NCBI RefSeq assembly: GCF_000143415.4
Contig: NW_003314308.1
Coordinates: forward strand, 434,001 to 498,000
Length of the DNA stretch: 64,000 nucleotides
Reading direction: 5' to 3'
Source: Selaginella moellendorffii
Lineage: Eukaryota; Plantae; Lycopodiophyta
Below the pieces are notes generated by a model that saw only the letters and a program-made list of their open reading frames with translations, searched no databases and was not told where the DNA came from. The translations under genes and the position numbers were made by a program. Positions 56,745 to 64,000 of this stretch are shown piece by piece (position 1 is the first letter of the stretch; every line of letters begins with the position of its first letter).

Positions 56745-58664
56745 ATGGCAGCGCGTTGTGGAGACGCTGCTAGGGTTTGTAGCGTCGCGGAATCGGCCGC
56801 ATTCTACCAGGTACGCCTCCCGCGATCGCCTCTCAACGTCCGGTTCTCGATTGGATGGGACAGTACTACCCGGTCGATCGCGAAATCCACGACCAGGACG
56901 AAGCTACTGGTTCCAGCCGCGACAAAGGTCCGCCGGAAGAAGCCAGTGGATGAAGCACAGGATCAAGGATTTTTCCAATTCGATGCCAGGAGCCAAGTGG
57001 AAGCTCCACTGGGAGCTCCAGCGGTGGAAGAGGACGAATCACAGGAGCTTGATCTCACAGCCCAGGCAGAGGCCATTGCATCGTCCCTCGATCGAAATGG
57101 CGTCGTGGAAACTGTGAGATTTCTCGACGGTGCTTCACTGTCGCCCATCCTCGTCGGTCCAGTGCTCAAGAGAACAAAGAGGTGTGAGGCCGCGCTAGAG
57201 TTTTTCCAGTGGTGCCGAGAGCAGGATGGCTTCAAGCACAGCCTCTACAACTACAACTCGATGCTGGCTTCGATGGTGGTGAGCAAGAGCGTGGCTCTCG
57301 AGAATATCTACTCGCAGATGCTAGAAGATGGTGTTGTTCCAGACCGGGATAGCTACAATCTCTTGGTGAGAGGATTGACCAAGCTGAGCAGCGTGGATCA
57401 AGCTCGGGCGATGCTGAGCACGATGGTGGGCGAAGGCTACGATCCAGACGTGGTGACTTGCGGGCTCTTGGTGGACAAGTTTTGCGAGATGAAGAGAGTT
57501 GGCGAAGTTTGCGAGCTCTTCCAGGAGCTCGAGAGCAATGGTGTTGCCGTGGGGATGCTGGCCTACAACGCCATCCTCAAGGCTCTCATGTGCTCAGGAG
57601 ACTTCGATGGAGGATTCAAGTTCTCGGACATAGCCGTCGGCGATGGCTCCCTCCCTCACGTCCTGGCTTACAAGACGATGCTCGACTGCCTCATCAAGAC
57701 CGGAAAAACTCGCGAGGCCTCCGAGGTTGTGGGAGAGATGATAAAGAAGAGCGTCCCCGACGGGATGACTTACACGGCGCTCATCAGCGTCCTCTGCAAG
57801 CACAACCGGGCCGACGATGCGATGAAGGTGTTCGACATCATGGTGGAGAAGGAAATCGTCCCAAACGTGGACGTCTACACTTCGCTCCTGGCCGCGCACT
57901 GCCGGACGAGAAAACTGGACGGAGCTTACAGATTGTTCGTGGAGATGATCCAACGAGGCTACGGTCCGAGCGCCAGCACGTATGGTTTGCTCCTGCGCTG
58001 CCTTTGCAACGGCGGAAGATCCTACCTCGCTTACGACATCCACTCGTCGATGCGATCTCGCGGCCATGTCCCGGACGAGAACACTTACGCGTCTCTCATC
58101 TATGGCTGCTGCATGGCCGGGAGGATCACCGAGGCCAAAGTTCTGTTCAAGGAAGTTCTAGAGGGCGAGAAAGCCCAGCTCGACGCCGGGATCTACAACG
58201 TCCTCATCGAGGGTCTTTGCCGGGCTTCCAAGGTGGAGGAAGCGCTCGAAGTCACGGCAGGGATGGTGGACAAGGGATGCATTCCAACGCTCCAGACTTA
58301 CAACGCGCTCATCATGGGCTTCTTCAAGGCCAACGAGGTGGACAAGGCGCTGCAGCTCTTCCGGGCGATGGAGGAGAAGGGATTCTCGCCAAACACGATG
58401 ATCTACAGTACTTTCATCGATGGGCTGTGCAAGGTGGGCAAGATCAACGAGGCGCACGAGTTCTTCCAGCAATCCGTGGAGCGAGGCTGCGTCCCGGACA
58501 ACGTCACTTACAACGCTTTGATCCGGGGCTTGTTTGGAGCAAACAGGATGGACGAGGCTCACAGGCTCTACCGGGAGATGGGAGAGAGGGGCTACATTGC
58601 CGATCGATCGCTAAGAACTCTGGCATTCCAACGCTCGCGAGAAGAACAAAGCTTTCACAGTTAG
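56745..58664 (+). CDS. P-class PPR protein, probably organelle-targeted; intronless
   Basis: 639-aa ORF with 35-aa repeats (TYNALI.GLC..G...EA..F..M...G..PD). Confidence 0.92.
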   Translation: MAARCGDAARVCSVAESAAFYQVRLPRSPLNVRFSIGWDSTTRSIAKSTTRTKLLVPAATKVRRKKPVDEAQDQGFFQFDARSQVEAPLGAPAVEEDESQELDLTAQAEAIASSLDRNGVVETVRFLDGASLSPILVGPVLKRTKRCEAALEFFQWCREQDGFKHSLYNYNSMLASMVVSKSVALENIYSQMLEDGVVPDRDSYNLLVRGLTKLSSVDQARAMLSTMVGEGYDPDVVTCGLLVDKFCEMKRVGEVCELFQELESNGVAVGMLAYNAILKALMCSGDFDGGFKFSDIAVGDGSLPHVLAYKTMLDCLIKTGKTREASEVVGEMIKKSVPDGMTYTALISVLCKHNRADDAMKVFDIMVEKEIVPNVDVYTSLLAAHCRTRKLDGAYRLFVEMIQRGYGPSASTYGLLLRCLCNGGRSYLAYDIHSSMRSRGHVPDENTYASLIYGCCMAGRITEAKVLFKEVLEGEKAQLDAGIYNVLIEGLCRASKVEEALEVTAGMVDKGCIPTLQTYNALIMGFFKANEVDKALQLFRAMEEKGFSPNTMIYSTFIDGLCKVGKINEAHEFFQQSVERGCVPDNVTYNALIRGLFGANRMDEAHRLYREMGERGYIADRSLRTLAFQRSREEQSFHS

Positions 58665-58787
58665 ACGAAGATTTAAATATACCACGTGGCCGGAGAATAT
58701 TCTCTAGGGTTTATGTGAAGAGCCCTAATTTGATGGATCGGATCTAAGCGGAGGTGTGTCGCTTCTTCTAGCTCTGGATCGATCGCG

Positions 58788-60253
58788 ATGAATCTGCGAA
58801 TCTATGATCACGCGCAGATTGCGCAGCGGAGGCTCCTGGAGCGAGAACAGGTAGGCGTTTTAGCTCGGTTCTGGTTGTGATTGAGGCTGTGGTGTGCTCC
58901 AGGCGTATGCGGAATCCGTGGCGGATGATCTTGGCGAGGAGCTGAGCTTGCCTGGAGAGAATGCGGCCGGTAGGGGCGGGGAGAGCGAGGAAATCGAGCA
59001 AGCGTCGGTGAACACGCAGATCTCCGATTCGAATGTCGGGTTTCGGCTCTTGCAAAAAATGGGATGGAAGGGAAAGGGGCTTGGGAAAGACGAACAAGGT
59101 ACTTGTATTCCTCTTCTTTCTTCCAGACTAGATTTTTTTGCGCCTCTGCAAACAGGGATAGTGGAGCCAATCCGAGCTGACAGCCGAGATCCAAAGCTTG
59201 GAGTTGGGAAGCAAGAGGAGGATGATTTCTACACGGCCGAGGCGAGCATCCATCGGAAGAAGATGGAGTCGGAAACATCGGAAAACGATGAAGAGACTGC
59301 GAAGAAACGCGAGGTATGCCAAAAACTCTCTTTGCTTTTCTTTCACTCTGTTAGTTCTCGGTCCCGATTGAGTGTCCGTAGCTCTAGCTGTTTGCTTTGT
59401 TTTTGGAGGATGCCTTTTGAAAGTAAAGTGCATGGGGGGGATTTTTTTTTTTGTGGAAAGGAATGAGGAATGAGGTCTGGGCGTTACTGGTTCGAGCTTT
59501 ATTACCATGGTGGCCTCTCGGCTCCGTGGCCATGCTGAAAACGTTTAGGTGGAGGCAGAGCGCGAGCTCAAGATCCAGAGCGAAGTCAAGGAGATCCGCA
59601 AGGTGTTTTTCTGCGAGCTTTGCAACAAGCAGTACAAGTTCGCAGTGGAGTTTGAGACGCATCTCAGCTCCTACGATCACAATCATCGAAAGGCAAGCCT
59701 TGGTTCTTCGTTGGTCTTGGATTCTGTGCCATCTAACTAGCGCTGTGGCGTTTGATCACTCGCAGCGATTTAAAGAGATGAGGGACCTACACTCTAGCCG
59801 GGACCGCGACGATCGCCAGAAGCGTGAACAGCTCAGGCTTGACAAGGAGATGGCGAAGCGACAGTGAGTATTCTCCCCCCTTGAGTGTGGTGGTCCTCGA
59901 GAGCTTTATGATTGACGCGTCACTCTCTTTTCCAGAGCCGAGGCTCAACGCCAGCAGCAAGAGCAACAATCCGACGCTGCGAAAGTCATCGACGCTCCCC
60001 CTCCAGACTCTACAGCAGTCTCTACAGCAATCTCTACAGCAGCGGCAGCACCAGTGCCTGGAACAGTGAAGTTTGGATTCTCATCCAGAGCAATCTCGAC
60101 AAAGGTATGCGTTTCTTCTTCTCAAAAAGAAATTTTTTTTCTCTAGCGAGACAAAGTCTCCTCTCCTTGAAGGTTCTACCGGATGGCGCTGCAGCGAAAA
60201 AGCTCAAAGTCTTCGCCAAAGTTCCATCCGTCTTTGGTGAAGATAGCGACTGA
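58788..60253 (+). CDS. G-patch plus C2H2 zinc-finger protein (GPATCH8-like), multi-exon
   Basis: SNVGFRLLQKMGWKGKGLGKDEQG|IVEPI and FFCELCNKQYK...FETHLSSYDHNHRK; one GC-AG intron at ~59692. Confidence 0.85.
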
Positions 60254-60582
60254 GAAGAAGCGTTTTTCTTTTCTCCCCGTGTATATTGTCAAAAGTTGTA
60301 CGTAATGGGACGTGTACTATACCTGTGGACTCGTGACCACTTTTGGCGCCAAGCGTCCTAGGGCTAGACCTTTGCCCCGTGATCCAGGGCGGCCGTGTAG
60401 GGGAGATAGCGAGATCCTAGCTCCGCGCTTCTAGGTTTGTGGCAGCGATTTCGATACGGCATTGGGATAGAGTGATGGATTTGCCGTGCGCGAGCCGGGA
60501 TTTCGCAATGGCCGAGTGACGGCGCGCAGATCTTGGCCAGGAATCTCAGGCGGATCTTGGCCAGTAGAATCGGTAGCGCGCG

Positions 60583-62750
60583 ATGGAAGATCATCGGCTG
60601 CCTACGAAGATCGCGAAATGGCTCTTCAAGCACGGCCAGTGCAACGGGTCGGCTGTGGTGTCGCCATTTCCAGTAGATGGGAATTCCGGGGAAGAGCTGA
60701 GTCACCGGGCTCGCAGAAGGCTTGGCAAGCGAGGCGAGGAGAAGCTTATAGGGATCCTTGGAGCTGAGAATCACGAAGAGCGACGGCAAATCAGAGCTTT
60801 CTTGGCGCAGCAGCTCATTAGAGACGATGACATGGATACAACTGATGAGAGCTCCGAGTTTGATCGGCTAGAGCGGAGAAGCCCGCTCCATGCTGCCTTC
60901 AGGCCTAGAGCGCCAGTCAGAAGCGGTGGAACTACTCCTCCTCGATTTTCCAGGCCAGCTTTCCAGCGTCAAGAAGGTTCCTCCAGTGCCACTACTAGCA
61001 GCAGCTACACAAGGAGTGACTTGTCGAGTGTTCTTCAGTACGAGAGAACGCCGCCATTGTCACCCTCGAGCGTCTACTCGGGTCAGTCACCTTCGCCTTC
61101 TTCTTACCAACATCACAGCCGAGAAAGAGTCCGTGGCAGCCATCTCCAATCGCTTTTGTGTCCTCGGCCACTTCCTCTATATCCTTCGAGCCAGCAGCAG
61201 CAGTTCCATCATTCCAGGGGCTATCCAGGTGCTCCCAGGAACGTCTTCACGAACCACCTTTACTCTCCAGTTGGTGCTGCTGGCTCTGACGAGGAAGGGA
61301 TTTTTGCAAGGGCGTACCAAGATCCTCCGAGGCGTTCTTTCACTCAACCAGCCAGGCCATCGGTGACTTTCGGATTCTCGGAGCCCCAGTCTCCCTACAT
61401 GTCTCCTCGGATGAACATGACGCATCAGTCTCCATATCCGGCTTACTGTCCCTCACCTCGCCCGAGAGTCGTCCTCTGCGAGAAGCTCGGCTGTGGTTCT
61501 TACTCGGTCGTCTACAGAGGAGAAAACACGTGAGCTTTCCTTCTCTTTCCTCGTGAGACTGACTGACGCTTCTTTTCTCGCTCTCTCTTGGATCTGTCAG
61601 ACAAACGGGCCAACAAGTCGCAGTGAAGGTTCTCCATGACGACGAAAGGTTATCACCAAAGGTGAGCTTACATATCTGGGAGAGTGGAAATGCACACTCC
61701 ACTCGAGCTCTCAATCAATGCAGGAAGTTTCTGTTCTAAGTCGGCTTGATCACGAGCACATTGTCAAGTACATCGGGACCACGACACTGGTAAGTTTTAC
61801 GGTAGACTCCATAACATTTATGGAGTTCTTCGCCAGTTTTGACGTGAGACGCGCCTGACAGGGAGACGGCAGAGCTGGCATTCTGCTAGAACTCATGAAG
61901 TGCTCTCTCGCATCGGTGATAAAGGAGTCGAATGGACTGGACGAAAGTAAACTTCGTGTTTACACGCGACAAATTCTCAGTGGACTGGAGTATCTCCATC
62001 GCATGAACATCGTTCACAGGTAAAAAGGCTAAGAAGCTCGATGGCAATCTGATTGACGTTTTCTCTGGACAAGCAGGGATGTCAAGTGTGGAAATATTTT
62101 ACTGGACCCCAACGGGAAAGCCAAGCTCGCAGATTTTGGTCTTGCAAAGAAGGTAAACAACTTATCTCAAGTTGGCTCTTTTTGTTCTTACAGCACAGAT
62201 CACATCAGATTGATTATTCGGTTGCAAAGTCGTGCAAGGGAACTTTTGTTTACATGGCTCCAGAGGTTCTCTTGAATTAAAACTGTTTGACACTGATGTG
62301 GTCCAAATCGCAGGTTCTCTTGACAGAAGGAACCTACGGTCTCGCCGCGGACGTGTGGAGCTTGGGATGCACAGTGATCGAAATGGCGTGTGGAAAGCCG
62401 CCGTGGAGCGGTTTCGGGGTAAGATCTCTCACTTTCACTTCGTTCTTTCCTCTTTTCTTCTCGATCCCGGACATAGACTTTTCATCTCTTTAGCTCTGAG
62501 TTCCTTGGGAACTAGAGAGATTTAGCGTGGTCAGATCTTGGAACTAACTTTAAGCTGGAACTGTGGATCGCAGATGATGCCATTCTACGAGAGAATGAGA
62601 GACGGCTGCTCCCCACCGATTCCTCCCAAGATGAGCACCGAGGCCGTGAGTTTCATCAAGCTCTGCCTGACCAGAGACCCGAGACGAAGACCCAGCGCTG
62701 CGGCACTGCTATCGCATCCCTTCTTCCAAGAACGCTCTCTCAAAGTGTAA
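60583..62750 (+). CDS. MAPKKK (MEKK/STE11-like) Ser/Thr kinase with low-complexity N-terminus, multi-exon
   Basis: [75 protein letters not shown]. Confidence 0.88.
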
Positions 62751-63239
62751 AATATGAAATAATAAAACCTCCACTCCCTCAAATTACAAATTGGAATGTT
62801 CTATAAGATTCTTGCCACGTGGCAGCGGAGGTGTTATCTAGGCACCGGCATGGACTGAAGCTCCATTAGAAAACGAAGCCCTTGCTCGACGCGGGTTTCG
62901 ATCGGGTCAAGCGCGAGCGCGCGTTGATAGCCGCCGGCTACCGGTGGATCCCTCCTCGCGGCTACATTTTCCAGTGAAATATCGACAGATCTCACTCGGC
63001 GATGCGGCAGGGATGCCACATTTCGTCCGTTTCCAGCGCCATCCATCAGCGGCAGCTTGTTCTTGAGCCCCGAGCCCCGACCCCCCCGATCGAGCTGGGG
63101 TTCTAACAGGTTTGGCGGGATTCTTGAGGTTTGGCGGGATTCTCTAGCAGCTTCTGGTTCTTGATCTCTGGCGTTGGAAGCGTAGCAGATTTTCAAGAGG
63201 TTTAGAGAGATTTGTGGTGGGGTGGGATATTCAAGCGCC

Positions 63240-64000
63240 ATGGCTGGCCAGATCAGGGCTGTTTGTTGCCCTCTCTTTAGATTCCATCTACACGACTGGC
63301 TCGCGATAATCTTTCTTTTGGGCATGGAGGCGCTGCTGCTTGTCATCCATCCCTTCAAGAGATACATTGGCGAGCCGATGATCGACGACTATAAGTTCCC
63401 TTTCAATAACAACACTATCCCCGTTGCCGCCGTTCCGGTAAGCTCGCGTGTCTCTTTAGAGACTAGGTCTTCTGAAAGATTCTTTGCTCCACAGGTCATA
63501 GCTCTCGTCATTCCGTTGATCTTTATCATTGGGTACTACATCCGGAATAGAGATTTGCGGGATTTGCACTACGGCTTTCTCGGTAAGCTTATTTTTCTTT
63601 CATCTCTCTCTCGAACCAAGAGAAGAGCTCGGACTAAGTAAACTATGTTGTTCTTGTTTTTTACTACAGGCTTGCTTTTCGCGGTGCTTATTACTGCTGT
63701 TCTTACTGATGCGATCAAAGACGCAGTTGGACGTCCAAGGCCTGATTTCTTCTGGCGGTGTTTTCCAGATGGCATACCGGTAAGTCCTGCTAGACAACCA
63801 AACCTGGATCTTACTCGTGAAATGCTCCACAGTTATACACGACGAGAACTCGGGAAGTTATGTGCACTGGTGACAAAGCCGACATACGTGAAGGCTACAA
63901 AAGTTTTCCAAGTGGCCACACATCATGTAAGGCATCTTGTCTTGCGATCGCCTTGCGTGCTTATTAATCCTTTCTACAGGGTCTTTTGCAGGGTTGGGGT
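63240..64000 (+). CDS. Lipid phosphate phosphatase (PAP2/LPP family), runs off the window end
   Basis: [47 protein letters not shown]. Confidence 0.9.

Overview
This is land-plant nuclear DNA. The ~50-60 nt introns, high gene density and PLS-class PPR genes suggest the lycophyte Selaginella (inference, not verified). Three zones: (1) 1-~19.3 kb is an AT-rich field of decayed transposons. It holds several 5S-rRNA-carrying Cassandra TRIM LTRs, two of them interrupted at almost the same spot by other LTRs, plus gypsy remnants and a second TRIM. It also holds a LINE remnant interleaved with an orphan, split and partly inverted 18S-ITS1-5.8S-ITS2 rDNA, whose ITS1 contains a 5S/Cassandra-like segment. 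(2) After a UGT and a PLS-PPR gene, ~23.8-54.3 kb is a nested inverted segmental amplification. It carries five CDC5 pieces (one clearly intact), four copies of an intronless MpaB'/DUF2236-like membrane-anchored oxygenase (two intact), three copies of a multi-TM protein with a half-RING motif (one intact), tRNA-Gly(CCC) genes sitting directly upstream of PPR ORFs, and an RLK fragment. (3) 54.4-64 kb holds ordinary compact genes: RIC/CRIB, GRXS16, P-class PPR, G-patch zinc finger, MAPKKK and a lipid phosphate phosphatase. All calls were made by eye; no database searches were run.
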